Of a stretch of 64,000 bases of DNA, positions 1 through 22,936 are shown in pieces. Origin of the DNA: the human T2T-CHM13v2.0 reference genome, Homo sapiens; assembly GCF_009914755.1 (NCBI RefSeq), contig NC_060926.1. One strand, 5' to 3'. The first letter of the stretch is position 1. Every line of letters starts with the position of its first letter. The translations under genes were made by a program, and so were the position numbers. The notes under the pieces were generated by a model. It did not search any database. It saw only the letters and a program-made list of their open reading frames with translations, and had not been told where the DNA came from.

Positions 1-1453
1 TAAAGTCACCCACAGAGCCTGGCCAACATGACAAAACCATGTCTGTACTAAAAATACAAAAAAATTGGCTGGGCACAGTGGCTCATGCTGTAATCTCAGC
101 TACTTGGGAATTTGAGGCACAAGAATCGCTTGAACCTGGGAGGAAGAGGTTGCAGTGAGTCAAGATTGTGCCAGCCTGTGCAACAGAGCACAACTCTGTC
201 CCAACAAAATAAAGACACACATAGACTAAAAGTGAAAGGACGGGAAAAGACATTCCATGTAAACAGAAACCAAAAGTGAGCTGGGGTAGCTTTACATATA
301 TCAGACAAAACAGACTTCAAGCCAAAAGTTGTAAAAGGAGACAAAGAAGGACACTATATAATAAAGGCATCAATTCAGTAAGGGGATATAAGAATTGTAA
401 ATACACACGCAACCAACACCAGAGGACCCAGATATACAACATAATTAGATCTAACGGGAGAGACAGACCTCAACATAATAATAGTTGGGGACTTCAACAG
501 CACTGGACAGATCATCTAGACAGAATATAACAAAGAAACATAGTTTTCAACTGCATCATAGACCAAATAAAACCAACAGCTATTTACAGAACATTTCACC
601 TAATAGCAGCAGAATACACATTTTTATAGCAGCACATGAAACATTCTCCAGAATTGACCATATTTTAGGACATAAAACAAGTCTCAACCAAATTTTAAAA
701 TAACTGAAAAAATCATGTCAGCTATCTTCTCAGACCACAATGGAATAAAAATAGAAATCAATACAAGAGAAATGCTGGAAACTATACCAATACATGGAAA
801 TTAAACAACATGCTCCTGAATGACCACTGGGTCAATGAAGGTATTAAGATGGAAATAAAATAATGTCTTGAAACAAATGAAAATGCAAATACAACACGTC
901 AAAGCCTGTGGGATACAGCAAAAGCGGTGCACTGCTAAGAGGGAAGTTTATAGCAATAAATGCCTATGCCAAGAAACTGGAAAGATTTCAAACAACCAAT
1001 GATGCATCTCAAGGAACCAAAAAGAACAAAACCAAAATTAGACAACGAAGATCAATAAAGATCAGAGCTGAAATAAACAAAATTGAGACTAAAACAAATT
1101 ACAGGAGATCAAAGATCAGAAAAAAGCTGGTCATTTGAAAAGATAAACAAAATCAACAAACCTTTAGCTAGACTAAGGAAAAAAGAGACAAGACCCAAAT
1201 AAAAGAAATCAGAAACAAAAAAGGAGACATCATAACGGATACCACAGAAGTACAAAGGATCATTAGAGACTGCTGACCAACTACGCAGCAATAAATTTAA
1301 AAACCTAGAGGAAATGAACAAATTCCTGAACACATACAATCTACTAAGATTGAACCAATAAGAAATAAAAAACCTGCCAGGCACGGTGGCTCATGCCTGT
1401 AATCCCAGCACTTTGGCAGGCTGAGGTAGGCAGATCACGAGGTCAGGAGTTCA

Positions 1454-1789
<336 letters not shown>

Positions 1790-2220
1790 TCACTGCTGAA
1801 ATCTACCAAATATTTACAGAAGAATGAATACCAATTCTTCTCAAGGTATTCCAAAAAATTGAAGCAAAGTTAATTCTTCTGAACTCACTCTACAAGGCCA
1901 GTATAACCCTGATACCAAAACCAGAAAAGGAAAAACAAAAAAAAAAGAAAACTACATGCCAGTGTCCTTGATAAACATAGACACAAAAATTCTGAACAGA
2001 ATTCTGGCAAACCAAATCCAACAACACATCAAAATGTAATAACCATGATGAACTGGGATTCAACCCAGGAATACAAGGATAATTTAACATATGCAAATCA
2101 ATGGATGTCATACATCTTAGCAATAGAATGAAGGACAAAAACCATAGGATCATCTCAATAGAATCGGAAAAAGCATTTGATAAAATTCAACATCCATTCG
2201 TGATTAAAAAAAAAACTCTA

Positions 2221-2489
<269 letters not shown>

Positions 2490-3020
2490 TCAAAAACAAA
2501 ACAAAAACAAAAACAAAAAAAAACACTCTCAATAAATTAGGTATAAAAGGAAAGTACACCAACATAATAAAGGCCATATATGACAAACCCACAGCTATCA
2601 TCTTACTCAACAAGAGAAAGATAAAAGCTTTTCCTCCAGTAACTGTACCTGGACAAGGATCTCACTCTCACTGCTCTTACCCAACATACTACTGCAAGTC
2701 CTAGCCAGAACAAGACAAAGTAGTTCTGGGCATCCAAATTGGAAATGAAGAAGTCAAACTGTCCCTGTGTTTGCAGCTGCAGATGACATGACCTTATATA
2801 TAGTAAAACCTATGCTCCACTAAAAACACACACCTCAGAGCTAAAAAATTCAGTAAAGTTGCAGGATACAAAATCACTATTTAAAAAAAATCAGTGATGT
2901 TTCCATATACAAACAATACACTACCTGAAAAGAAATCAAGAAGGCAATTTCATTTACAATAGCTAGGAAAAAAGTCTAACAGGAATAAATTTAACAAAGG
3001 AAGTGAAAGACCTAAAAACA

Positions 3021-5750
<2,730 letters not shown>

Positions 5751-6786
5751 GACCTAAAAATATATATTGAAAGCTGTAGTAACCAAAACAGCATGGTACT
5801 GACATAAGAACAGATACATAAACCAACGGAACAGAACAGAGTGCCCAGAAGTTAATACACGTATCTACAGTCAACTGATTTTTGACAAAGGTGCCAAGAA
5901 TGTTCACTGGGGAAAGGACAGTCTCTCCAATGAATGGTGCTAGGAAAACTGGACATCCATAGGCACAACAATGAAACTATACCCTCACTCCTCTACATAA
6001 AAAATCAACTCAAAATGGCTCAAAGAACTAACAAAACTATAAGACTACTAGAACAAAACAGGGGAAATGCTTCAGGACATCGGTCTGGGAAAAGATTTTA
6101 TGAATAAAGACTTCAAAAGCACAGGCAACAAACAACAAATGGAATTATGTCAAACTACAAAACTTCTGTATAGCAAAGGCAAAAATCAACAGAGTAAAAA
6201 AAGACAACCTACAGAATGAGACAAACTATACGCAAATTACTCATCTGAGGGGATTAACATCAAGAATTTACAAGGAACTCAAACATCTTAACAGCAAAAA
6301 AAAAAAAAAAAGAAAAAATCCAATTAAAAATGCACACACAATGTGAATAGACATTTCTCAAAGATTATATACAAATGGCCAACAAATATGTGAAAAAAAT
6401 GTTCAACATCACTAACCATCAGGAAAATGCAAATCAAAACCACAATGAAGTATCTTACCCCAGTTAGGATAGCTATTATCAAAAACACAAAAAATAACAA
6501 ATGCTGGCAAGGATGCACAGAAAAGGGAACTCTTATACAGTGTTAGTGGGAACGTAAACTAGCACAGCCACTATAGAGAACAGTATCAAAGCTCCTCAAA
6601 AAACTACAAACACGACTACCATATAATCCAGCAATCCCACTGCTAGGCATTTATCCAAAGGAAAGGAAAACACTGTATCAGAGACGTCTGCATTCCCACG
6701 ATTACAGCACTATTCACAGTAGCCAAGATACAAAATCAACCTACGTGTTCAACGATAGATGAATGGATAAACAAAATGTGATGTGT

Positions 6787-6788
<2 letters not shown>

Positions 6789-6829
<41 letters not shown>
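6789..6829. repeat. (CA)n microsatellite
   Basis: About 20 uninterrupted CA units. Confidence 0.97.
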
Positions 6830-6832
<3 letters not shown>

Positions 6833-7407
6833 GAATATTATACATCCATTAAAAATAATGAAATCCTGTCATTTGCAGCAACATACATGGAACTGGAGGA
6901 CATTATCTTATGTGAAATAAGCCAGGAGCAGAAAGTTAAACACCATAAGTTCTTACTCATATGTGGAAGCTAAAAAAAGGTTCATCTCATGTAAGTAAAA
7001 AGTAGAACAGAGGATACAAGAAGGTGGAAAGGACAGGGGAAAGGGAAGAATAGGGAGAGATTTGTGAAAGGATAAAAATTACAGCTAGATAGGAGGAATA
7101 AGTTCCAGTGTTCTACATAACTGTGAAATGACTACAGTTAACAATAATACATTATATAGATTCAAATAGCTACAAAGAGGCCACAGAAGGTTCCCAATGC
7201 AAAAAAGGGATAAATGTTTGAGATGAATACACTAATTACCCTGATCTGATCACTATATATGTATCAACACATCACTATATGATGAAATTTTGCATAAAAA
7301 AATCACTACATATCCCATAAACACGTACAATTATTACGTCAATTAAAATAAATTTTTTAAAAAGCTATCTTCCTGCCAGCAGATGTGTTAAAAAAAAAAA
7401 AAACTAT

Positions 7408-7882
7408 CAAGACATGAAAATACATAAAGAACATTTAAATTCCTATTACTAAATGAAAGAAACCAATCTTAACTGGCAACATACTGTATGATCTCAACTA
7501 TGTGATGTAGTAGGAAAGGCAGAACTATGGAGACAGTAAAAAGATCAGCAGTTGCCAGTGATTAGTGGGGAGGAAGGAATGAATGGGTAGAGCACACAGG
7601 ATTTTAGGGTAGTGAAACTACTTTGTACGACACTGTACTGGTGGATATGTTATTACACATTTGTCAAACCCCAACAGTGAACCCTAATGTGGACTATGGA
7701 CTTTGAGTCATAATGATATGTTAACGTAGATTCACCAAGTGTAACAAATGTACCACTCACTCTGGTGTCAGATGTTGATAATGGAGGAGGCTTCGTGTGT
7801 GGGGAGTCAGGTGGCATACCGGAAATATCTGCACCTTATGCTCAATTTTGGTGTGAACTAAAAACTGCTGTAAAAAAATAAT
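7408..7882 (+). mobile_element. Old L1 3'UTR fragment (L1MC-like)
   Basis: Motifs such as GTGAACCCTAATGT, GTAACAAATGTACCACT, CTCAATTTT and TGTGAACTAAAAACTGC resemble L1MC 3' ends. Subfamily is tentative. Confidence 0.7.
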
Positions 7883-8552
7883 GCTGACCAGGCAAGGTGG
7901 CTCATGCCTGTAACCCTAGCACTCTGGGAGGCGAAAGCAGGACTGCTTCAGCATGGGCAACATACGGAGACTTCATTGCTAAAAATATAAATAAATAAAA
8001 TTGTAGGTATGGTGGGGCATGCATGCCTGTAGTCCCAGCTACTCAGGAGGCTGAGGTGGGAGGATCACTTGGGCCCAGAAGGTCAAGGTGACAAGATTCT
8101 GCCACTGCACTCCAGCCTGGGTGACAGAGCAAAACCCTGTCCCAAAAATAAAATCTATTAAAAAGAAAAAACTCAAAAGCCTAAGAATTAAAATATACAA
8201 TAACAGAAATTAAAATTGATAGATGGCTTTAATACAGATTAAACAAGACTGAGAAATCGAAAAAGGAAGATGGGTCAAAGAAAATATCCAGACTGCAGTA
8301 TGAAGACACAAAAGCCAAAAGGATAAAAATATAGAAGAAAGCAAAAGAGAGAAGGAAGATCAAAAGGTGATGAAAGACAGACTGAGGCAGTGACTACATT
8401 TGAAAAAATAATGGCTAAGTACTTCTAAAATAAATTTTTAAAAAACTCACATTCAAGAAGCACTATGAATCCCAATAAATACAAAATCAGATGCGGACTT
8501 GTCATAGTTAACTACTGAAGACAAAAACAAAGAAAATCTTAAAACTGAGCAA

Positions 8553-8830
8553 ATGATGCACATTAAAGGGCTAGGGTGGGAGGGCCAGCTTTTTCACGGG
8601 CTACCTGAATGACATGCCTAGTCAAACAAATCCCCTGAGCCCTATGCAAATCAGACATTGCCTCCTCCAGCCTCTGCATATATACCTGGCAGGTGTCCAC
8701 CGCACGTGGAGACCTCCTTTTTTGGCTTTGGAGCACCCCCTCCGTCTCTGTACAGGGGAGCCTCTTCCTTCTGCCTTATCGTTTCTTTCTTGCCTATTAA
8801 ACTCTGTTCCTTAACACCAAAAAAAAAAAA
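8553..8830 (+). mobile_element. 5'-truncated ERV1-class LTR fragment (U3-R) with poly(A) tail and 12-bp TSD, i.e. an L1-processed copy
   Basis: LTR-like body with a TATA-like TATATA (~8679), ATTAAA at 8796-8801, poly(A) from 8819, and TSD AAAACTGAGCAA at 8541-8552 and 8831-8842, preceded by TT. Confidence 0.75.
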
Positions 8831-9327
8831 AAAACTGAGCAAGTGAGGAAAAAACTTATCTTCAAAGAAGTAACAGTAAAACCGATAGGTGATTTCTCTG
8901 TATAAACAATGGAAGCCAGGGGACAATGGAATGATTGGTTTGAAGAAGCAATAGTAACTGCCAACTTGTAATTCATTATCCTACTTCAGTGTTAGCCTAA
9001 AAATGAACTTTAGAAAACAAGCAAACACTGAAAAAAAAATTTGTCAACAGCAGAACCACACTAAACACACACACAAAAAAAAATGCTAAGAGAAAAAACT
9101 GTCAACAGCAGAACCACACTAAAAAAAAAAAAAAAAAAAAAAAAAAAATGCTGGCCGGGCCCGGTGGCTCACACCTGTAATCCCAGCACTTTGGGAGGCC
9201 GAGGCGGGCGGATCACAAGGTCAGGAGATCAAGACCATCCTGGCTAACACAGTGAAACCCCATCTCTACGAAAAATACAAAAAGTTAGCGGGGCGTGGTG
9301 ACAAGCACCTGTAGTCCCAGCTACTCA

Positions 9328-9453
<126 letters not shown>

Positions 9454-9683
9454 CTAAGAGAAAAATGATCCCGGATGAAAGCCAAGAGACACAAAAAAGA
9501 AGAGCAACAGAAAGAGTAAATGTGGGTAAATCTAAATTAACATAAACTGTATAAAATAATAATAATGTCTTACAGGCCAGGCACAGTGGCTCTGCCTGTA
9601 ATCCCAGCACTTTGGGAGGCCAAGGCAAGCGGATCACGAGGTCAGGAGTTCAAGACCAGCCTGACACCCAGTCTCTATTTTTA

Positions 9684-9923
<240 letters not shown>

Positions 9924-10059
9924 TCACCTGAACCCAGGAAGGCAGAGATTACAGTGAGCCAGGATTGCACCACTGCACTCCAGTCTGGGTGACAGAGTCA
10001 GACTCTGTCTCAAAAAAAAAAAAAAAAAAAAAACTAAACTACAACTTAGAAATGTCTAC

Positions 10060-12451
<2,392 letters not shown>

Positions 12452-12787
12452 ATCAAGCCAAATGAAGATATATTTTTAATAATGAGTATATGAAGTAAAA
12501 GTCATCCCAAATGGAAAGAATAAAGAAACTGTTTCCATCCATAGATGACATACATAAAAAAGTCCTAAGGGATCCACTAAACAATTTACAAATGAGTTCA
12601 AGGTTGCAGGATACAAGATCAAGGTACCAAATCAACCATATTTCTATATATTAGCAATGAACAATTCAGATGTAAAATCTAGAAAAACAATTTTACAATA
12701 GCATCAGAAAGAATAAGATTCTTATTCTTTGCCCAAAATGTATTGAATAACAAAAAGTGCAGGCCAGAGGCCGGATACAGTGGCTCA

Positions 12788-13096
<309 letters not shown>

Positions 13097-13689
13097 TCAT
13101 GCCACTGTACTGCAGCCTGGATGACAGTGAGACTCCCTCTTAAAAAAAAAAAAAAGTAGGAAACTACAAAATATTGTTTAAAGCATTATAGACAACCTAA
13201 ATAAATAGAAAGATATCCCATGTTCATGGATCAGGAGACTTAATATTGTTAAGATAGTAATAATCCTCAACTTGATACACAGATTCACTACAATCTCTAC
13301 CAGAATTCCAGCTGGCAAGTTGATCCTAAAACTCAGAAGGAAACTCAAGGGACCCTGAAGAGCCAACATAATTTTGAAAAAAAAACAAAAACAAAAAAAA
13401 AACAAAGATTTACACTTTCTGACTTCCAATCTTATTACAAAGCCACAGCAATCAAGACAGTGTAGTACTGGCGTAAGGATAGACATACAGATCAATGAAA
13501 CAGAATACAGAGTACAGAAAAAAACCCTATATATGTACAGGCAAATGACTTTCAAACAAGGATGCCAAGACCATGCAACAGAAAGAATAGATTTTTCTAA
13601 AAATGAAGCTTGGACAACTGAACAGCCTCATGCAAAAGAATGAAGTTGTATCAGCCCCAGCACTTTGGGAGGCTGAGGTGGGTGGATCA

Positions 13690-13935
<246 letters not shown>

Positions 13936-14257
13936 TTAAACAAAAAAAAAAGGACTGAAGTACTGGCATATGCTACAACATGGACAAAACTGGAAAGCAT
14001 TATGCTAAGTGAAAGTAGGCAGTCACAAAAAAAACAAATATTAGTATTCCATATACACGAAAGGTTCAGAATAGGCAAATATATTAAGAATGCATATTGG
14101 TTGTTGCTTCGTGCTACTGAAATGGGAAGTAGCTTAGGGTGACTGATTGCTAAAAGGTAGGGGAATCCTATTGAGGTGATAAAGTGTTCTAGACTTGTTT
14201 GTGGTGATGGTTGCACAACTCTGAATCAGTCGGGTGCCAGTAAGGTATGTGAATTTA

Positions 14258-14325
14258 TTAGATTGGTACAAAAGTAATTGTGGTTTACAAGTGGCAAAAC
14301 CCCAATTATTTTCGCACCAACCCAA
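14258..14325. mobile_element. MADE1 miniature mariner element (internally shortened)
   Basis: TTAGATTGGTACAAAAGTAATTG...CAATTATTTTCGCACCAACCCAA flanked by TA, matching the palindromic MADE1 consensus. Confidence 0.85.
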
Positions 14326-14843
14326 TAGTTCACTATAGCTGTTAAAAAAATTATAAAGTATGGGAGGCTGAGGTAGGGAGATCACTTGAGGGCAGGAGTT
14401 TGAGACCAGCCCGGCCAACATGGTGAAATCCTGTCTCTACTAAAAATACCAAATAAATAATAAAGTAAAATAAATGATAAAGATGTGCAAATATACCATT
14501 TTAATTGGGAACAACAAACAAAAATATCCAGGAGTACATGTAAAAAGAAATACGCAGAACCTACATAAAGGGGAAAAATATAAAACGTCAAAAAGAAACA
14601 AAAATTATGTAAAAATGGGAAGATACATTATTTCCTTTCGGGAAAGACACCGTAAGATGTCAACTCTTACCCCACTTATAAACATAATCCAATTTCAATA
14701 AAAATTCCAATAGAAACGGAGGAGATGCAAAAAAAAAAAAAAAAGGATTCTAAAGTTTCATCTTAACAAATGAGTAACTTGGCCAGGCACGGTGGCTCAC
14801 ACCTGTAATCCCAGCACTTTGGGAGGCCAAGGCAGGCGGATCA

Positions 14844-15056
<213 letters not shown>

Positions 15057-15062
15057 TCATCT

Positions 15063-15095
<33 letters not shown>

Positions 15096-15804
15096 AATGA
15101 ATAACTTTTCACAACCTATTTGGTTTAACGGCACCAGGCACAAAGATAAATTATAAAGTGACTAAATTAAAACTAGATGATGAAATAATAAACAGCTTAA
15201 AAATAGGCCTCCAAGAATATACTCATAAATTCTGTACAAGACAGACATGGTGCTGGGTGCGGTGGCTCACGCCTGTAATCCCAGCACTTCGGGAGGCCAA
15301 GGTGGGCGGATCATCTGAGGTTGGCAGCTCACGACCAGCCTGACCAAGAGAGAAACCCCGTCTCTACTAAAAATGCAAACTTAACCGGGCATGGTGGCAC
15401 ATGCCTGCAATCCCAGCTACTCGGAAGGTTGAGGCAGGAGAATCGTTTCAACCTGGGAGACGGAGGTTGTGGTGAGCCAAGATCATGCCATTGCACTCCA
15501 ACCTGGGCAACAAGAGCGAAACCCCGCCTCAAAAAAAAAAACAAAAAAACAAAAAACCAGACAGACCTGGCATTTCAAATCAATGGAAAAGAGAGAAATT
15601 CAAATTTGCTAAAATCACTAAGTCATTGTTCAGAAAAATTAATGTTAGATCCTACTTCATACTTGATACCAAAATAAATTCCAGATGAATAAAAAATTAA
15701 ATTTAACAAATCCATAAAAGCTAGAAAAAGACTTAATTGAAAGCCGGGCGCAGTGGCTCACGCCTGGAATCCCAGCACTTTGGGAGGCTGAGGCGGGCAG
15801 ATCA

Positions 15805-16473
<669 letters not shown>

Positions 16474-16912
16474 TAATCCCCAGCACTTTGGAAGGCCAAG
16501 ACAGGAGGGTTACTTGAAACCAGGAGTTCGAGACCCACCTGGGAAACACAAAGAGGCCCTGTCTCCACCAAAAAAAAAAAACAAAAGTTAAGAATTAGCT
16601 GGGCTTGGCAGCACACACCTGCAGTCAGGAGGCTGACGTAAGAGGATCGCTTGAGCCTCAGAGGTCAAGGCTGCAGTCAGTCTTGATCACGCCACTCACT
16701 ACACTCCAGCCCTTAGAGACAGACCAAGACACTATGATGACCCACCCCACAACCAAAAAAAAAAAACACCCACAACTTTGCAGGAACAAATATAGTAGTT
16801 TAAGACATCCTATCATGTTAGGACACCCTATCATACAGATTCTTAAAAATAGAATATCTAATATTTTTTAAAAAAAAGGCACTCTCATATAAAGCTTTTA
16901 GGCAATAAATTA

Positions 16913-17336
<424 letters not shown>

Positions 17337-17788
17337 TCAGGAGTTCAAGACCAGCCTCGCCAATATGGTGAAACCCCATCTCTACTAAAAATACAAAAAT
17401 TAGCCAGGCATGGTGGTGCGTGCCTGTAATCCCAGCTACTCAGGAGGCTGAGGCAGGAGAATCACTTGAACCAAGGAGGCGCAGGTTGCACTGAGCCAAG
17501 ATTCCACCACACCACTGCACTCCAGCCCAAGCAACAGAGTGACATTCCATCTCAAAAAAAAAAAAAAAAAAAAAGGAAGAAGAAAAAAACCAAAAAACAC
17601 CAAATTTACATCTTGACCTGGGACATGACCCAGATTTCTATGCTTAAAAATATTTTCATATTTTTTTAAACAGGAAAACATTAGTTAAATATGTGTGACA
17701 TTCAAAAGACTAAAAGTAGGCTGCCATTAAATTCTGTTCTCAGATACTTGTATTTTGGGTAGAGACAGGGTTTCATCATGTTCGCTCA

Positions 17789-17831
17789 TGTTTTTTATGA
17801 GCATTTTATAAGAAAATGCTCATAAAAAACA
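17789..17831. repeat. Perfect 19-bp inverted repeat with 5-nt loop
   Basis: TGTTTTTTATGAGCATTTT-ATAAG-AAAATGCTCATAAAAAACA. Confidence 0.95.
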
Positions 17832-17964
17832 GTAGGTAAGTATAAACTCAGTTTATACATATTCACAGAAGACAGCTAGATTTATATAAACCAAAATTTT
17901 AACAATCACAAGGTTTGTATTTCTTCAGTATTTTCTACAGATTTCTACAGTGATTAAATTATAG

Positions 17965-18141
<177 letters not shown>

Positions 18142-18202
18142 TAGTAGAGATAGGGTTTTACCATGTTGGCCAGGCTGGTATTGAACTCCTGACCTCAAGT
18201 GA

Positions 18203-18391
<189 letters not shown>

Positions 18392-18752
18392 TAGTGTTCT
18401 TGTTTTGAGATGGAGTCTCCCTCTGTCGCCCAGACTACAGTGAAGTGACACAACCTCTACTCACTTCAACCTCCGCCTCCCAAGTTCAAGTGATTCTCCT
18501 GCCTCAGCCTCCCGAGTAGCCAAGATTACAGGGGCCCACCACCACACCCAGCTTATTTTTTTATTTTTAGTAGACATGGGTTTCACCATGTTGACCAGGC
18601 TGGTCTCGAACTCCTGACCTCACGTGATCCGCCCGCCTAGGCCTCCCAAAGTGCTGGGATTATAGGCATAGCCGCCACACCCAGCAAATATAGTGGGTTT
18701 TTTTTTTTTTTTTTTTTTTTTTTGGTTGTTTATTTGAGATGAGTCTCACTAG

Positions 18753-18878
<126 letters not shown>

Positions 18879-19036
18879 TAGGCTAATTTTTGTATTTTTA
18901 GTAGGGACAGGGTTTCACCATGTTGGCCAGTCTGGTATTGAACTCCTGACCTGTGGTGATATGCCTACCTTGGCCTCCCAAAATGCTGGGATTACAGGTG
19001 TGGGCCGCCACACCCCAGCCTTTTGTTTGTTTTTGA

Positions 19037-19144
<108 letters not shown>

Positions 19145-19619
19145 TAGCTAGGATTATAGATGTGTGCCACCATGCCCAACTAGTTTTTGTATTATAATAG
19201 AGACAGAATTTCACCATGTTGCCCAGGCTGGTCTCGAACTCCTGAGCTCAGGCAATCCACCAGCCTTGGCCTCCCAAAGTGCTAGGATTACAGGGTTTTT
19301 TTGTTTTTGTTTTTCAATCACTCAAAGATAGCCAGGTGCAGTGGTGTGTGCCTGTAATCCCAGGTAACATGAATCTGAGTCAGGAGGATCATTTGAGCCT
19401 GGAAGTTCAAGACCAGCCCAGGCAGCATACCAAGACCCCCATCTCAAAAACTTATATGCATATATACCACGTAGACCAACTTAAATTATATCAAGTCCAC
19501 AAAGTTTTCTCCCATCATCCCAAAACTAAACTCCTCCCACTGCACTTCAACTAAAACTATTTCACAAAATTTACCATTTTTATTTTTCATGCTGTTGTTT
19601 TGCATATTTCTTATGCTAG

Positions 19620-19840
19620 CACTGCGTTAAATGTTGATATGCATTATCTTATTCACTCCTCACAAAATCCCTATGAGATATGTATTAAGAATATCCTCAT
19701 CTCCAAATAAGAAACAAGGCATTAAGAGGTAAGGGAACTTAGCCAAAGTCAGAGACTTAATAAATGACAGGAGCAAGATTTGAACTCAGGTCTACCAGGT
19801 TCCAAAGATCACTCACTCAAGTATCATCCTACTGCCTCAT
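19620..19840 (-). mobile_element. MIR SINE remnant
   Basis: CTCACAAAATCCCTATGAG...AAGAAACAAGGCATTAAGAGGTAAGGGAACTTAGCCAAAGTCA...GATTTGAACTCAGG resembles the MIR core. Confidence 0.7.
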
Positions 19841-22094
19841 CTGTACTCTGGAACCTTCCTTAAGAGAAAATACACAGCTAAATGTATTTCTATACCTACC
19901 AGCATACAGGAGAATGCTTTACACAAGTGTTTATGTTTTTAAAAAAACAAATATTTAAACAGAGTTAAGGTGAAACACAACTCAGTAAATACAATATTAA
20001 GAAATGGTTTTCAGTGTATTAGATATCCGTGGGCTTACTGCCCAGAAGCAATTTCACCTCTTTCATGGTAACAACGTGCCAGATTTCTTTTCCAGAAGCA
20101 CACTCTTAGTTATGAGATTTGGGTGAGATCAGCTTCAAGAATAGGTCCTGATTAGTTTAAACCAATCAAAGTCCATCCTCTTTGAACTCTATTTCAGGAA
20201 CAGAGTCAATAATATATGAAATGACATTTGTCAGGAAGGTTTTGGAAAAAGCAGCCTTCTTGTTCTTGTACAGTAAGTTCCAGAAAAGATTCACTCTTTT
20301 TCTCCGCATAGTTTAAGTACGTGATGTCCAAACACTGTGGTATGAAGATGTGGTATAAAAATGGTGCAGTAGTGCTGGGCACAGTGGCTCACACTTGCAA
20401 TCCCAGCACTTTAGGAAGCCAAAGTAGGGAGATCACTTGAGCCCAGGAGTTGGAGACCAGCCTGGGAAACATGGTGAAACCCCATCTCTACTAAAAATAA
20501 AAAAAAATGGCCAGGCATGGTGGTTCACGCCTATAATCCCAACATTTTGGGAGGCTGAGGCAGGAGGATAGTTTGAGCCCAGGAGTTCACGACCAGCCTG
20601 GGCAACACAGTGGGACCCCATCTCAATTTACTAACAGAGTAAAAATAAAAAACACCAAAACGAAAATTAGCTGGGTGTGGTGGCACAGGCATGTAGTCCC
20701 AGCTACTATGGAAGCTGAGGCAGGAGGATAGCTTGGCCCACCTGGGACGTTGAGGCTGCAGTTAGCCATGACTGAGCCACTGTACTCCAGCCTGGGCAAC
20801 AGAGCAAGACTCTGTCTGAAAAAACTAAACAGACCAGTGGTGACTGCTCACACCTGTAACCCCAGCACTTTAAGAGGCTGGAACAGAAGGATGGTTTGAG
20901 CCCAGGAGTTCAAGACCAGCCTGGGTAACATGGTGAAACCCTGCCTCTACAAAAATTACAAAAATTAGCCAGGTGTGATGGCACAGGCTTATAGTCCCAG
21001 CTACTCAGGTGGCTGAGGTGGGAGGATCTCTTGAGCCTGGGAGGTCAAGACTACAGTGAGCCGTGATCGTGCCACTGCACTCTAGACTGGGCGACAGAGC
21101 AAGACCTGTCAAATAAATAAGGTGCAGTAGCCATTTCTGTTACCATAGGAAGGGCCAAACTGAGGTCAAAACCAAGGAAGCCCAGCAAGCCACAGAGAAA
21201 TAAAGTCCTGATTATGTTATAAACCCAATGATTAAAAGTAAAGCACACCTGAATATACACCTAGACAGCCTACTTATAGCTTTTAAAGAAAAACTCTGTT
21301 TCTGCCAAAGAAACGGTTTTTTCTGGTCCTTGAGACAGAATCCTACCTAGTTTAAAAAGAATAATAATTCTCAACCTTAAATTTAACCCACAGGTACTAA
21401 TATCACGAACTAGTAAAGTGTTGTGTGTGGTGCCTCACGCCTGTAATCCCAGCACTTTGGGAGGCTGAGGCGGGAGAATCACTTGAGGCCAGAAGTTCAA
21501 GAGCAGCTTGGGAAATATAGTGAAACCCATTCCCAAATAAATAAGCAAGCAAGTTGGGTGTCATCATGAGCACCTGTAGTCCCAGCTACTTGGGAGGCTC
21601 TTTTGAGCCCAGGAGGTCAAGGCTGCAGTGAGCTAGGATCATATCACTGTACTCCAGCCTGAGTGACAGAGTGAGACCCTGTCTCCAAAAACAAACAGCA
21701 GCAGCAACAACAAAAAGTACCATTTTATGAAGAGGGTGGCAAGCAAGACATCACAAAAGCAAGGACTGACAGTACTTGATATATCCGAGAAAACAGGAAA
21801 CACCACATCTAGCCTACCCTTGTTTTCCCTTCTATTATCAACCCACAGTGATCTTACGATTTTTCAGATATTTTAAATAAACACTGATCCTACCACATGC
21901 AGGCACTGTAAAACAGTAGTAACAGTTGCAATCATAGAACTGATAGTCTCATAGAATAAAAAAATTACAGTTGTAAACATAGAAATACATAATTCTAAAT
22001 TGTGGTAAATGCTATGAATAAAAAGAACCAGAGCTACTTCAGACTTGGAGTTCAGGAAAGACTTCTCGAAAAAAATCATTTCAGTCAAAACTTA

Positions 22095-22430
<336 letters not shown>

Positions 22431-22576
22431 TCAGTGTCATCAATGAAAGAAGGCAAAAAGGAAAAAAAAAAAAAAAAGGCAAAGAGAACAAGGGAATGAA
22501 GCTAGCAGAGGCTAAGTCATGCAGAGCCTTCACAAGTCAAGGTAGGCCATTTCACTCCTCTCATTCCCAGCAACTA

Positions 22577-22936
<360 letters not shown>

